A stretch of DNA of 63,747 nt, counting the filler, from Octopus bimaculoides (Eukaryota), in NCBI RefSeq assembly GCF_001194135.2. It is 4 parts of 4 records of this genome, joined end to end, with 100 filler letters (N's around TTAATTAATTAA, not from the genome) between each part and the next. Parts side by side here need not be neighbours in the genome. Positions count along the whole stretch, not along the records: positions 1 to 30,526 come from NC_069009.1; positions 30,627 to 51,619 come from NC_068982.1; 2 more parts are not named here. One strand, 5' to 3'. The notes under the pieces are model-generated. The model saw only the letters and a program-made list of their open reading frames with translations. It had not been told where the DNA came from and searched no databases. A program made the translations under genes and the position numbers. Below are positions 24,622 to 37,654 of this stretch, piece by piece (positions within the stretch are counted from its first letter, which is position 1; each line of letters starts with the position of its first letter).

Positions 24622-25961
24622 NNNNNNNNNNNNNNNNNNNNNNNNNNNNNNNNNNNNNNNNNNNNNNNNNNNNNNNNNNNNNNNNNNNNNNNNNNNNNNN
24701 NNNNNNNNNNNNNNNNNNNNNNNNNNNNNNNNNNNNNNNNNNNNNNNNNNNNNNNNNNNNNNNNNNNNNNNNNNNNNNNNNNNNNNNNNNNNNNNNNNNN
24801 NNNNNNNNNNNNNNNNNNNNNNNNNNNNNNNNNNNNNNNNNNNNNNNNNNNNNNNNNNNNNNNNNNNNNNNNNNNNNNNNNNNNNNNNNNNNNNNNNNNN
24901 NNNNNNNNNNNNNNNNNNNNNNNNNNNNNNNNNNNNNNNNNNNNNNNNNNNNNNNNNNNNNNNNNNNNNNNNNNNNNNNNNNNNNNNNNNNNNNNNNNNN
25001 NNNNNNNNNNNNNNNNNNNNNNNNNNNNNNNNNNNNNNNNNNNNNTGTGTTCAAATCCCATTCCGGTGTGGTAGAATTAATCCATCATCCGGCTTAACAA
25101 AGCTTATCTGACAGCTTCAGTGCCACTAATGAAAAAGAACATTCTGATATAAGTATTTGATCTAGATCTCTAGTTTGGTGACACCTACTTTCCTATCTCT
25201 CACCCTCTACGAAGAACCTGTAAAAGGATCATGGAATTGTCACGAATTAATATGTCATTAAGTATAAGAGGGTTGGGATCTTCTGGAGACATTTGTGATT
25301 ATGTGTGTCTGCCTTAAGAGTCGTCATAAGAAGAGCATTGCTTAATAGTCGTCATCAGAACAGCATTCAGTAATATATAAGACTTAGACGTGTGTATGTT
25401 TGTCTGTGTGTCATGTTTCAATGGTAACACCTATTTATGACAGCGAATATGACGCCGACAATGATGAAAAGGATGATAATGAGTGATAGCGATAAAAATG
25501 TAAAGAAATTATAATGGGTGATAACGATAGAAATGTTAAGAAACTCACTACTTACTTTCACCTTTTGATGTCACCTTAACTTGGTTTATTCTCAAGTTAC
25601 GCAATGTTTGGGGGGTATTCAAAATTTTGTAAAGGTTTTGCGAAACTTGATCTTTAGTACTTCCAATAAGGGTTGTACAGTAAATAGTAAACACCACTGT
25701 ACTTTTCTCCAACCTGAAACACGATTTTAAAAAAAGAAGTTAAAAAAAAATTAGTTTCAGCAACGACAACCAGAATGCTTTCGTACACGTCAGTCTAACT
25801 GGTTTTAAAGATGTTGATCTTATCCTCATAAGAGAAATCTAAATTTCATCGTTATGTAATACGGTCAGCTGATTTGATTTATCCATAATGGACGCCAATG
25901 TACCAAGACTAATGGTAATAATAGCCACCACGCTAAAAGTAAAGGAATTAACAATACTTAC

Positions 25962-26145
25962 CAGGGAAATCATTCTTGTTGCATAAGTTGTCGCTGCAAC
26001 AAGCAACAAAAGAAGCGCCATTGGACCATTTTCTACACGTAAGGGAATTGTTTCTCACAGCTTCACGGCAGTGCAAGTATGTGCTGCAGGACCTTTTAAA
26101 CTTCAATGTACCGCCATTCACTGATAGCCTATATTGGCAGAGAGG
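25962..26145 (-). pseudogene. Copy B Ly6-like exon (PLCQYRL...[19 protein letters not shown])
   Basis: 184 nt; paralogue of 7520-7703, with one Cys replaced by Phe. Confidence 0.88.
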
Positions 26146-27258
26146 CTGTAACAATGAATATAAAAGTCATATAGTACTACTAAACAAACAGCGACAATAG
26201 CAACGCAGGATTTTTAGCATGTAAAAGTCAAATCATTACTATAAATCTATAATTTGTCTGTTTTGTATACTTCTTTGAAAAAAAGATCCCACACTCTCCT
26301 TATCCTCTGGCCTAGCACATTACTCTTTCTGAGACGATCTGGATAGGCCACTCTTGTTGTCCTATATTCACACTGGCGCAGTTGAAAACTTTTAAGCAGG
26401 ATTTTGACGTTTTTGTAACCTCTTCATTGTAATTCATTGTAATTGCGTTACTATTGCGTCTAAATGCAGTTCCAAATTCCGCTGGTAAATATCGTAACGT
26501 CCCTAAAAAAGTTGCCAGACATCAGGAGAAATCGAGACGTCCTTTTTTTCTGTTGCAGCATATACAGCCACTCGGCACCCTCGCTGTGCGGTGGTTGTGC
26601 TTTCAGATCGTTGTGCAGCATCCAGGGAGCACTGATTTACCGTCAGGATTCAAAAGGATTGCTTATACTATGAAATTTAAGGATTTCCTGTAAACACTGC
26701 AACCCTATCGCCCAAACATAGCATTTTACGAGATAAGAATATATTAGCCATCAACAATGAACGTGAGTGCGAGCGGTCCAGAGGTCCTGGTCCCGCTAGT
26801 AGCTACTGCATCTATGTAGAGTGATTTGCTTCCAAGCTGATTCCTGGTCACGTACATTCATACACCCAACTGAAAGCGATGTTTGTCTGAGACAAAGAGA
26901 GAAAAAGGTAAGTCTGAAGCTTGTGGTTTCGATTTCCGGACCGGTTGATACTTTGTGAATTAAACACGACACTTCCTTATATATTGTTCCAGTCTACTCT
27001 GTTGAAAAAGAGTATCAGCTTTGAGTTGATCGTCCCTCTCTCTCTCTCTCCCCTTCAATTGTCATATCCTTGGCACCCAACTGAATCGTGAATGGGAAGA
27101 CCGAGAGGGTGTTTATGTCTGCTTGTGACTACATAGGCACCGAAAACAATTAGCAAAAACATGGTTCAAGCTACCTGGTCATACTGAGTTGCTATTGACC
27201 GTTATATTTTATATGGATATATTTTGATAAAAAGGAAGAAAGTAACATTTCATTTTAC

Positions 27259-27343
27259 CATTAGTCCTGGACAACTTGTCATTTCTGAATTATCGCACAT
27301 CATCCCTGAACATGTTTGACACTCTCATGCAATTCGAAGCAGA
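27259..27343 (-). pseudogene. Copy B fused exon (linker exon 5' part + Ly6 first-half 3' part) with in-frame TGA
   Basis: 27321-27343 matches copy A 10753-10776 and 27259-27321 matches copy A 8319-8381. Reads LLRIA*ECQTCSGMMCDNSEMTSCPGLM. Confidence 0.8.
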
Positions 27344-27526
27344 CTTTACAATGACTAAACACAATACTTGGAAATAATCATTTTGACTTATTAAAATGTA
27401 AAGTAACATATCATTATTTATTGTCAACTGCATTAAACTATTGTAAATTTGATAATCTTTCTTTATGGTATTAGATTTACAAAGTGTTAAACTTTTCTAA
27501 GAAATAAAGAGTATTATTGTACATAC

Positions 27527-27595
27527 ATATTCTTTATGCTGGGAAGGTATAAGAAAGCGCCATCATTTTTTCGTAAACGGTTGTAGCTCAAATTT
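27527..27595 (-). pseudogene. Copy B LRR exon (NLSYNRLRKNDGAFLYLPSIKNI)
   Basis: 69 nt, phase 2-2; paralogue of 10959-11030. Confidence 0.85.
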
Positions 27596-28064
27596 CTGAA
27601 AGAATCAAAGATAAGTTAAAATACGTGAAAGTCAAATAAACCTGTTTTATAGTGTAATATAATTTCTACATTTTTCTTTAGAGAATACTGACAAACTATA
27701 TGTTCATGTTCACTGTTTAGTTGCTTATTTCTCTGTATGGTTCTCCTGACGTTGTAGTTTGAACAGGAATAGGTTCGATCAATTTAGCTTTAACATGCAA
27801 CGTAAATAGAAAATCGTCTGTGATACCGCAAAACAAAAAGATTGAAGAACTAGCAAACCTACCCATCTACGATGGGAAATGAAAGGATGGTGGAAAATAA
27901 TAACAACTTTAAGTATAAATGTATTTATACTGAAATATGGTACGGGAAATGTAATAAAATATAGATAACTGTTGGTTTTCATTATACTTATGTTCAACTT
28001 TACATAGTACATATTCATGATATTACGTTTACAGAACTTCTTTGTAAACGATATTTTGTGCTTA

Positions 28065-28560
28065 ATCAAGACTAATTTTCAAATTAGCTGAGTCCGTGGC
28101 TCTGCTCACAGCGATATACAGCTGGCTGTGTGTAAACATCTGAGTGAACAGAAGCACACCAACACGATTCAAAGTCTGGCCCTGAGACTTGTTAGCTGTG
28201 AATGAAAAGGCTAGTTTGATGGGAAACTGCCTGCGTCGTATTGGAGGGGATACTGGTTGCTGGAGGTTACCAGTGGTATCCGATGCATGCACAGGCGCTT
28301 ACCACTGTGAGGGCCAATCGTTATCACTGCCTCGATGACGTGAGAATTGAGGTCCGTGGCGGTGTAATTTGTTCCGTTGCAATGTCCAATGGTAGGGTCA
28401 AAATTTCGTAGGAGCATTATAGGACAGTACTTTCTTAGTGAGATCCTATGTATAGATAGTCCCGATGGATTCAAGTTGTTAAGAAGATCCCGTGGATACT
28501 AGTGATAATTTCCATCGACTATAGTGTCAGAACTTAGATATCGTCGACTTTCTCCAGGGA
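28065..28560 (-). mobile_element. Helitron PIF1-type helicase C-terminal fragment (frameshifted)
   Basis: IMLLRNFDPTIGHCNGT and RRQFPIKLAFSFTANKSQGQTLNRVGV...HSQLYIAVSRAT motifs. Confidence 0.9.
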
Positions 28561-28589
28561 AGTTGTTAATCATGTGGTCATTAACATTA

Positions 28590-29200
28590 TTTCACATTTC
28601 ACATTCGCAAAACATTTTCCTTTGATGAGTTTATTCATTCGGAGTAAGAGAAAAGTTATAAGGAGCAACATCGAGTGAATTGTGAGGGTGGATAAGCGGG
28701 ATCATGCCATTTTTGGTCAACAACTCTCTCACACACAAGACTGTGTGTGCAGGTGCATTGTCGTGATGAAACCACCATTCTCTACGTTTTCACAAGTTGG
28801 AGCGTGTTTGTCTCACCGCAATTGACACTGAAATTCCGAATAAAATCTCTAGTTAACAGTTTGACGAGGAGGAACAAATACTGTGTGGACAACTCCTTTC
28901 GCATTGACGAAACAAATCAGCATCGTCTTGAACTTAGACTTCAATTGACGTGCTTTTGGTGAGCGCGGTGACATTGAATGCTTCCCTTGACTTCATTGCT
29001 GCTTTGTTTACGGGACGTAGCCGAAACATTAGCTTTCGGCACCGGTGATGACCTTCGAAAAATAGTCCGGATTAACTGGAAACTGTTTCTTTCAGTTCAC
29101 GATACGCATTATGTCGTGACCGCTTTTCATCTTCCGTAGCAAGCGAGGCACAAATTTTGCTGCAACTCTTGTTTTGTAATTGTATATGTGCATGTGTTCG
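28590..29200 (-). mobile_element. Mariner remnant
   Basis: Degenerate HPHNSLDVAPYNF (HPPYSPDLAPSDF) and catalytic-region residues on the minus strand. Confidence 0.65.
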
Positions 29201-29890
29201 TGTTTGTGTGTGTGTGTGTGCATGCGTGTTTGTGTGTGTGTATGTGCGTGCGTGTGCGTGCGTGTGTGTATGTGTGTGTGTAGGTGTGTGTGTGTGTGTG
29301 TGTGCGCGTGTGTGTGTGTGTGTGTAAGTCTGCATCTGTAAATCTGCCTCTCTGTCTGAAGTTACAAAAATGGTATTGAATGCAACGAAATTCAGTTTAC
29401 AATTTAGATTCGTCATATTTTGATTTAAGTATAGTTATATGTATGTGTATATAAGCATTGTATCTTTGTGTTTGTATCTATTTTACCAACGTTGAGTGTT
29501 GCTCCCTCTACATCTGTATACTGAAGACTTTATATATAATAATAAAATAGAAACAATTGTGGGCTTTATAATGAGAAATCTAATAAACGCAACTGTCTCT
29601 ATATTTATCATTTGTTGTCAAAATGTCTGAATTTTTCGGAATTCTGCTAAAGGATATTTGGATTAATTTATCATACATGAGGATTTAACTTGGATGTGTA
29701 TTCTACTTTTCATTACTGGTGTCTGTCGAATATAGTTAGATCGGAATCTCTGAGTTTCCTTACTTCTCCCACATGGCGTTTCCCCGTATTGGGGAATTTT
29801 GTTTTTAATCGTTATTTGTTACGTTGTTCAGATCAATTTATATAAATCACAACAGAAATGTAAACCACAAACACTAATATCCTTAAACAT

Positions 29891-29955
<65 letters not shown>

Positions 29956-30061
29956 GTGAACGCCTGTTAGAAAGGATAAAAGAAAGAGCGAAGATAAAAG
30001 GGAAGAGAAGATATGTAGAAATATATGATCAGATAAATAATATCAGGAAGATCAAACTTAC

Positions 30062-30133
30062 AGCTCCTTTAAATTGATAAGACTGTAGAATGATTCATGT
30101 TCAATATTCGTGATAAAATTATGGTCTAGATAT
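30062..30133 (-). pseudogene. Copy B LRR exon (YLDHNFITNIEHESFYSLINLKEL)
   Basis: 72 nt, phase 2-2, ctttcAG and GTAAGT. Confidence 0.88.
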
Positions 30134-30626
30134 CTGAAAGAGGGAAGAGAATTGCTGAGAAATGGTATAAAAATGATTAGTCAAAAAATTCGTAATTTCC
30201 GGCTCTGAATTTCCGGAAACACCGTTGACACTTGCTTACGATAATTGTCCGATCCCCATATAATACATTAATATTCCACGTACTTTCCATTGCATTGTTA
30301 CATTTATTGAACTCTTTACGAAAAATATAAACGAATGTCCTATTTTGTTACTTCTATTAAAGCTTTCAAAAAATACCGTTAAAAAAATGCACTAAGAATA
30401 CGTATATGATAGAATAACTACCTTTTTTTAATAGCAAGCTCATGCAGTTCGTGTGTCCCTTCCCCTTCCGACTTCTAGTTCAGGGAAACTGCATTACGTA
30501 TGGGATGACTCTATATATATATATATNNNNNNNNNNNNNNNNNNNNNNNNNNNNNNNNNNNNNNNNNNNNTTAATTAATTAANNNNNNNNNNNNNNNNNN
30601 NNNNNNNNNNNNNNNNNNNNNNNNNN

Positions 30627-30687
<61 letters not shown>

Positions 30688-31036
30688 ATGTTTAGAAATA
30701 TGCATATATGTATGTATGGATATGTATATATAACTATTTGATACAGCAGTACTGTCAGCATAATACGAAGTTTGTTGCTCGTGAGTAAATATTCGCCCCA
30801 AAGAAGTTTGGCGTATATTTGGCATTTAAGAAAGATAATACTTTACAGTGCATTTTTAATGAATTAAGTTATGATTTTTAAAATTGCGTAAAAGTAATAC
30901 TTTGATATTTCGGTTTGGGAATATTCCAACAAAAAAGAATAAGATGTCCAGCAGAAGAGAAAATGGTGGTGAAGTTAAATGTTATTACTATAGTAGATAT
31001 TCAATAACACAAGATATTTTTCTGTAACAAGAAATT

Positions 31037-31525
31037 TCGAGGGTCGGCTGAAAGGTTCATAAGCTGACCACAATACTCTCATGGAATGTGACTAATTTTT
31101 CAACATAGCCCCGCCCTTGCAGTCCTCACATTTCTTCCGCCGGTGTTGCAGTGCTTGGATCTTTTGGTATGACGTCTTCATTACTGCGATACGGGTTTTC
31201 AGTCAAGTGTTTTTTCATGTTAGGCAACAGATGATAGTCAGCTGGGACAAATCAGAAGAATAGGGAGGGTGATCAGCCAGTTCAAAGCAACAGTCACGCG
31301 CAGCAGCCATTAAGACCAAGGTCTTGTGTGCTGGAGCATTATCCTGATGAAACAAAACCTCTTTCGTCAGCTTTTTGGGCGTTTGATCTTGATAATCGCC
31401 TCAGCAAGTTGGCATAATACTTTCCATTGACAGCGTGACCTTTCTGAAGATATTCAATAAACACAGTGCTTTTTGCATCCCCCAAAACTGAGGCCATCGA
31501 CTTCCTTGCAGATGAAATGACCTTG
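31037..31525 (-). mobile_element. Mariner remnant with TIR CGAGGGTCGGCTGAAAGGTTCAT
   Basis: TIR shared with 38817-39386. Degenerate K.MASV.(W)DAKS motif on the minus strand. Confidence 0.7.
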
Positions 31526-31549
31526 TTAATAATAAGAGTTTAAATTAAT

Positions 31550-31756
31550 CCTTTCTACTGAAGGTACAAAGCCTTGACATTTTGGGGGAGGAGACCAATC
31601 GATTACATTGATTGAATGCAGTGTTAATTTATCGATCCCGAAGGATGAAAAGCAAAGTCGACCTCGGCGGAATTGAACTCAGAACGTTAGCGGCAGACGA
31701 AATACCGTTAAGCATTTCACCCGGGGTGCTAACAATTCTACCAGCTCGCCGCCTTA
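31550..31756 (-). mobile_element. SINE family 3
   Basis: Reverse complement of the 53660-53874 type. Confidence 0.8.
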
Positions 31757-33489
31757 ATAGGAGTTTAAATTAATGCATGCAAGATTTCACAGTTCTAGCA
31801 TCGATCCTTCATAGCCTGTGAATTTTTAAAACTTCACCAAACAATAATCTTTAATACATTCATAATCTTTTTACCTCACACCTTTACTCAAACTAATTTT
31901 AAAATGAATTATAATAGTAAGTTAATTTTTAAAATATCTGCGAAACGAATTAAAATAAACGTTTTGAGCATTATTCGAAAACTGAACGGGGACCACATTT
32001 TTATTTTTGAACATGGTGAAATTTCAAGCATCGGTGATAATCAAAACTGTACATATGAAAATGGATTTAGAAACTGACATATGTTATGAAGTAAATTTTG
32101 TATAAAAATACCCGCTTGCTGACATGATCATCTTCATTAAAAATAATTCATAACATTTCATATTTTTCACTTCACACATTTCAAAATTATAGGGGATATG
32201 GAATATTATGGTGTTCAAGAGTTTTAAAGTGAATTAATAGAGAATAGGTAATGTGATGAGTTTAATTAGCAGTCGAATTTGAGTAGAAGTCTCGCTGATC
32301 ATCATGTTAAGATTAAATTATTCTAAATTGTAAAGTGGCTTGAAAATAGCTAGAAGAAAACGTCTGTCAAGAGGTTTATTTTGCTGTTAAAATCAGGTGT
32401 TAAAATGAATGCTCTGTACTGGATTTTAAGTTCAGGACAGTATATCAGAGGAATAAATAAATTTACGAAAAAGTTTTAATAATTTTGCAACCAGAATATT
32501 TTTGCTTTATTCAATTTTCTAAAAATATTTCTAATATTTACCATAAATTGAAGGCTAAATTGTCATATTGGTCATAGAAATATCATTCTATTCTTTGCAG
32601 CAAACTTTAGGAGATATATTATAGGAACAGATCCATAAAGAAAGAAAATTGAACTACATTGTATTGACAAAATAAAGAAAAGTTAATTGAAGAATATTTA
32701 AACTCCGAAAATAATTCTTAATGCCATACAGAGTACTATCTATAACTTATGTCAAGTATGAAGACTGAACGTTTGAAATTTCACTTTATATACTCAAATA
32801 GTTAAGAGTTCTGAGGAGGATTTTACTGATAACATTTAAAAAGTACTTAATTATGCGGACCATTATTGAATATAGAATAAATAGATGCAGAGTTAAGTCC
32901 ACAATCCATATAAATGAATAGAAACTAAACATTTAGAATGTGAAGGGAAATTTGGGAATTATTTTATACCATATAGAAAGTTTTGAAAATATAAGATTTC
33001 AGTTTAAAATTAAATTGCTTTTAAGAACGAAACATTTAAATATCGGAAACATCATAGAATCTGTAAATTTCAGAGAAGGTTNNNNNNNNNNNNNNNNNNN
33101 NNNNNNNNNNNNNNNNNNNNNNNNNNNNNNNNNNNNNNNNNNNNNNNNNNNNNNNNNNNNNNNNNNNNNNNNNNNNNNNNNNNNNNNNNNNNNNNNNNNN
33201 NNNNNNNNNNNNNNNNNNNNNNNNNNNNNNNNNNNNNNNNNNNNNNNNNNTTCTTCAGTCTTTCTAAGCCATGTCAAAGAACTCAGAATTTTAGGCCCCC
33301 AACCAAGCTTTCGTGATACTCTTAAAGCCAGGAACTTTGCACTACTTCCTCGTATATATGTATATATATATATATATATAATCTTTTTTCCCTATTTTTT
33401 CCATCTTGAATCAATCTCTACTCAAACCTTTGTTTCTCACAGACACACTATCCATCCATCCATCCACAGCATCAGGCACTGGCTGTCAT

Positions 33490-33845
33490 AGCTTCTTAAC
33501 TGATTGGAAGTGTTATCATGTACATTGTTTTGTCTTGGGTTAAAAGATGGGATACAGCAAATATGCTGCTCAATACTACAAATTTGCGTGTCAGTTGCTT
33601 GAACTTAACCAGTTGAGCATGTTCCTTAGTGGCTGGCGATATGTGCATCTCTGATCACAAGCAGAAGTAGTGGGGGAGCATCATAGCTATGTGTTGAGAG
33701 GAATTCTTTGTGGTTTGGATAATTCACCTAGGGAAACACGGGTGTTTCGTTCAAGATCCTTAAACAACCCTTATTCAGAGACCTTTTGAGCGAGAAGGGC
33801 TACTCTATCTGAACGAAATTCTAGCTGGGCCCAATCTGCTAGATC
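33490..33845. repeat. Interspersed repeat of unknown class
   Basis: Recalled as a common octopus repeat; only one copy in the window, so not verified here. Confidence 0.4.
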
Positions 33846-34429
33846 TTGATATGAAATCACCATGTCTCGTACATATGGTTGTGATGTTTGTGCTTGATGT
33901 ACCCTTATCAGACAGGCAGTCATGATGGGTATATAGTTCAGACATGGATGACATAGAAAGGAGACATGCGTTGCGCAGGATTGGAAACGTGAAACATCAA
34001 CAGGGCACTTCTGGAGAATGGATGAAAGGGTCTGTTGTGTCTTTAACCAGCCGCACACACATGCACATGGCCCAGTGGCGCGCGGGGTGGTAACATGAAG
34101 CATCAACAGGGCACCGACAAAAAATAATGTTCTCATTTCCTCTGCCAAATTGGACAAAAAGGTTTTCATGAAATTTTTATACACCACTTATAAAGCATAA
34201 GTAGTGTCAATATTTTATCGTCGGAAAATGGCATAAAACAAGCTAAAACCCACTGCAGTATACTCAAATCTAATTAATCTGCATCTTTAAGGGCTTCATA
34301 GTCGCCGACGAAAATTTATTTTAGTCAACAGCAATTCGAGGGTCCTGATTAATGTTTGTTGCGAATTTAGAGGAAAGCTACTGGATACTCTTCAACTTAC
34401 GGGCCTTAACGCTGCGAAAATGCTTTAAA

Positions 34430-34617
34430 AATGCAGTTTATCTGCCCCTGGGCCTGCATTAAGCAAGAAGTTGAAAATTTTGTTGACTCATGACACTCCA
34501 TGGTTCTTGTGTAATGCATGTATAAAATTTCATTAAAATCGGCTAGGTGTATCTCGAGTTATAACGACATGGCAAACACACAGACAGACACACATCCTGT
34601 GTTTTATATATATAGAC
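34430..34617 (-). mobile_element. Non-autonomous Helitron/HINE-like 5' end
   Basis: Minus strand begins TCTATATATATAAAA followed by GTGTGTCTGTCTGTG and a CCGATTTTAATGAAATTT block. Confidence 0.4.
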
Positions 34618-34662
34618 ATCTAAGATTTCATCTCCGCACAGTTGTTGATTGTTAGCGTATAT

Positions 34663-35049
34663 TTATCTTTTATCTTTTACTTGTTTCAGTCATTAGACTG
34701 GAGCCATGCTGGGGCACCGCCTTGAAGAATTTTTCGTCGAATGTCTCGACTTCAGTACTTATCTTTCTTTAAACGCCTGGTACTTACTCTATCGGTCTCT
34801 TTTGCCGAACCGCTAATTTACAGTGACGTAAACACACCTATACCGGTTGTTAAGTGGTGGTGGTGGTAGGGAACAAATACAGATACAAATACACCCACTT
34901 TGATTTATATACATATATACGATGGTCTCACAACTTCGGTCTGCCCGAGGCTATAGATAAAGACACTCGCCGAATGTGCCACGCAGTGGGACTGAACCGC
35001 GAATCATGTGGTTGAGAAGCAAGTTTCTTATCAGACAGCCACGCCTGCT
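34663..35049 (-). mobile_element. SINE family 2, near full length
   Basis: Reverse of 3529-3850. Confidence 0.8.
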
Positions 35050-36779
35050 CATTTAATTTTGCTGAACTATCTCAAAGTTAGTTGACGTCTTTTGGGAAAC
35101 GTATTCTTTTATATATTGTGTATTGTAAATATTAATAAAGTCTTTCATTGACACATGATTGTGGGTAATATATGACTGGTGATAGCTTAGAAACACAAAG
35201 AGCACGATCAGATTTATAAAAGATATAACTCTCAACAGAATGTGAATAAGAGAAAGGACTTGTTAGGTTAAAGCTCACAGGTTTGGCCTCACATCGGCTC
35301 CAAAGAAAGGAAGATGAACGAAAACTGTCATCACAAAAATACTAAAAATAGAATACATAGAATTTCTGATTGGCCGTTAGAATCTTAAGGACTTTGATTG
35401 GTAATGTGATATCTTCCGAAAGAAGAGCTGTGTAACCTTCTTTGGAACTTGATGGATATTTTTATCTTACTCGAGATCCGTTTTTCTGAAATATGTTGAA
35501 TGCAGATAATCTAAATGATGATAATATAAAGAGAGAGTCTGGAGTTGGTTTTTGCAGTTAAATAATCGTTAGTCCCATATCCTAGGAGACTAATTTCTGG
35601 TTTAAATGATAAACTTATATATAGACATCAGTCCATTCTTTATAGTCGGTCAATAACTTTCATCTGTGCCTGCGCATCAACAGTGAATGGTTGTGATCAA
35701 GGCAAAAATCTTTTTAATACCTATTCGGAAAATTACGGTTTGAAATAAAGTAATGATTCTTGGGAACTTCAATGCATGAGCTGGTAAAAATAATCTCTGA
35801 AATTGCATAGGACGTCACAGGATGAATTAACTAAAGTTAAACTCCAGTAGTTTGTATTTGCTACAAATCTCAAGAGAAACGAACTTGGCTGTTTGTAATA
35901 CTTTGAACATAAAACGATTCACTAAGAAACTTGGATGCACTCAGGTTCCAAGAAATTCCACATGATTGATTATGTTTAACTCAAAGGAAATGTTTGAATT
36001 ATGTGAGAGATTCGGGTTTTGAGAGGTGCAATATTTATACACGGATCATAATCTTATATGAACTAAACTGCAATTCAAAGTACAATCACAATTAGAAAAC
36101 AGTGTTTTCAATACGTAAAAGGTTTTGATGTTTCTAAGCCTAAGAAAAAGTCTATCAGATAAGAGTTAACGCAAAGCTTTTATCCTTTGGAAAATACTAC
36201 TAAGTGTGATGTCAAGACATTTTACCAAATTTCCAACGAAGTATTAGGGTAACAATGTCCAAAAGAAAGGACTGTTTTGACAACAATAAGAACACGACAT
36301 CCGTCCGGCAAGAAAACGAATTTTTGAAAACAAATTTATCGCTTCATTTATAATTTAATGAGACTTGTCTCTCTTTAAAATAAATTTCGTCACATTTGAT
36401 ATATCGATTCCAGCTTTGTTTTTATAGTGTTGGAAATATTTTTTTAGGAGAAGTGCGCAATTCTCACAGCAAATTTTTTTCACTTTTATTGTTTTAAATT
36501 AGTGACCTTTCAAGATGGATTTCAAATTTAAGAAAAAAGGGAAAAAGTCGCTTCTGATATGAGAGTGAGTGGAGGGTCAAGAGTCCTCTCGTGTTGTGCC
36601 AAAAAAAAAAAAAACATCGATAAAGAGAAACGCATGCGCATGTGTATTACCGCGTTGCAGCATCCAAGATTCGTTTATCCATGTCTAAAGCCATTTCTTT
36701 TGCACTGTCACTGTAACTGTCCGACTCCGCAAGACATCCAAGCGAAATCTATATCGACTGGGCAACTTGGAACAAACTC

Positions 36780-37300
36780 ATGATGAACAGCATCTTTCCC
36801 ATCAAATAAGTAGACCAACACCAGCTTCGCATTTGAGCGACAGCAAGGTGCTTTTTTTTATTGCTGACAATACCTTTTATTTCGACATCGTAGTCATACA
36901 ACTACGTTTCCTCAATTGTTATAACACTTATCTACATTAGAAAAATCAAGCATCTCCTTACTGACTGCGATTCAGTTCTTATTTTGCTTATTTGTCATCA
37001 AATGGGGCAGAAACTTTTCGGCGACTGGATGTTCAGCTTTTTATCACGTGGCGCTAACTTTTAGAGATACCTTCTTCAGATACTTCACTGACGAATATAT
37101 TTCATAGAGTTCAGCATGCATTTTCGCAATGTGATTTTCGTTTATTATTGTGGGTGGCTATACAGATTTGGGATAATATTCAGTAGAAGTTCTTTCTGAT
37201 TCGAAATATTGACACCACTCTTGAAATTACATACGGCTCAAACAATTCTCCCAATTGAAAGTTACCGCAAATATTTTTCTCAGTTTGAAATAGAATTTAA
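36780..37300 (-). mobile_element. Mariner remnant
   Basis: Degenerate ITIAKMHAEL...RKVSA...SKEMLD...ITIEET.LYDYDVEIK (ITGDETWVYGYDxETK) on the minus strand. Confidence 0.55.
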
Positions 37301-37654
37301 CACACAAACATGTTGCTCTTTTAATTCCTCCTTTAATTGAATTTGTGATACGTAACCAAGTGCACTATATATTCATTCGTTCTGGCACGTTTTGATCGAT
37401 GGCTAACTGATGTGATTTGTTGTTGCTGTCACACATATGCAACAAGACAGTTGCAAGAAGTTTACGCTGGTTGAAACACTTCATCTAAGAGATGAGGTTA
37501 ACAACTCTGTCAAAAAGAAAAAAAATGTTCCCATGTAAAACTGTTAACTAAATAATTCAGAAGCATGAAAAATAAGTGGTGAAATGAACGTCTCGATGTT
37601 AGAAAGCATACAACACATAACGTACTGAAGAACTTCTAAAGCAGGTTTATTACC

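Larger units (their letters stand above)
15563..30133 (-). pseudogene. Adhesion GPCR copy B (LRR-Ly6-HormR-GAIN-GPS-TM1-TM2), probably disabled
   Basis: Thirteen exons paralogous to copy A plus downstream GAIN/GPS/TM exons. Lesions: TGA at 27325-27327, a 169-nt HormR exon that breaks phase, TAA at 17257-17259, and Ly6 Cys to Phe. Confidence 0.82.

Noticed and set aside
29677-29749. Possible degenerate LRR exon (FRSNYIRQTP)
   Set aside because: Length 71 or 73 nt, poor acceptor, and the second half lacks LRR consensus.
30571-30582. TTAATTAATTAA islands inside N runs (also 51664-51675 and 62276-62287)
   Set aside because: Identical palindromic 12-mer with stops in all frames, centred in gaps: an assembly spacer, not biology.
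35053-35235. ORF resembling a signal peptide (MRVISFINLIVLFVFLS...) as the start of copy B
   Set aside because: Starts at TTG with an in-frame stop upstream, has no ATG before the hydrophobic stretch, and no suitable donor.
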